A stretch of DNA of 64,000 bases. Source: the human T2T-CHM13v2.0 reference genome, Homo sapiens. The first letter of the stretch is position 1. Each line of letters begins with the position of its first letter. The notes beneath the pieces are model-generated. The model worked only from the letters and a program-made list of their open reading frames with translations, made no database searches and had not been told where the DNA came from. The position numbers and the translations under genes were made by a program. The DNA is taken from NCBI RefSeq assembly GCF_009914755.1, contig NC_060939.1, one strand, 5' to 3'. Positions 63,689 through 64,000 of this stretch are shown here, piece by piece.

Positions 63689-64000
63689 CTTTTGTTCCAG
63701 AAAGAAGGTGAAAGTAGAAATATGTAATGTAGCATAGCGAAAATTTCCTCATATGGTATTAGAGAAGCTGCTTTAGTGATGATATATCCCCTTCCATGGC
63801 TAATGGTATGAAATGCAGGAAGCCTTGCTCTGGCATCCCCCACCTGGTTCTTCAGGCACAGTACTGCTTTTAACAATGAAGTTTGAGGGAAACCTAGGGA
63901 AGCTGTACCCTCTCACCCATCCTTATTGTGAGCACATCCTCTGAACTGCTAGTTTGCTGGTTCTATAGTAGACAGAAAAAGTGGCCCACTGCGGTCAAAA

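Overview
This is AT-rich, repeat-dense, non-coding primate DNA. AluY copies point to a catarrhine, most likely human, intron or intergenic region. I found no credible protein-coding gene, processed pseudogene, structural RNA gene, CpG island or prokaryote-type system. The listed ORFs are explained by chance, by repeats (Alu, L1, LTR) or by low-complexity sequence. Much of the window is transposon debris of many ages. Old elements include MIR, L2, L3/CR1 and L1ME/MC. There are also ERVL/MaLR solo LTRs (MLT1, MST, MER21, LTR33) and DNA transposons (MER5, MER1B, MER6, MER82, Tigger2a). Alus span the whole age series: FAM, FLAM, AluJ, AluS and AluY. Several nested insertions have readable target-site duplications. 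The repeat-free intervals hold candidate regulatory elements: a kappaB-site cluster with GC and TATA boxes near 14.2-14.6 kb, a CpG-retaining double-hairpin region near 2.2-3.4 kb, one CTCF-like site and one perfect ARE. They also hold several short candidate exons with good splice signals on both strands. Repeat subfamily names come from my recollection of consensus sequences and need Dfam/RepeatMasker confirmation. I cannot support a previously undescribed biological system here, and I could not identify the locus.
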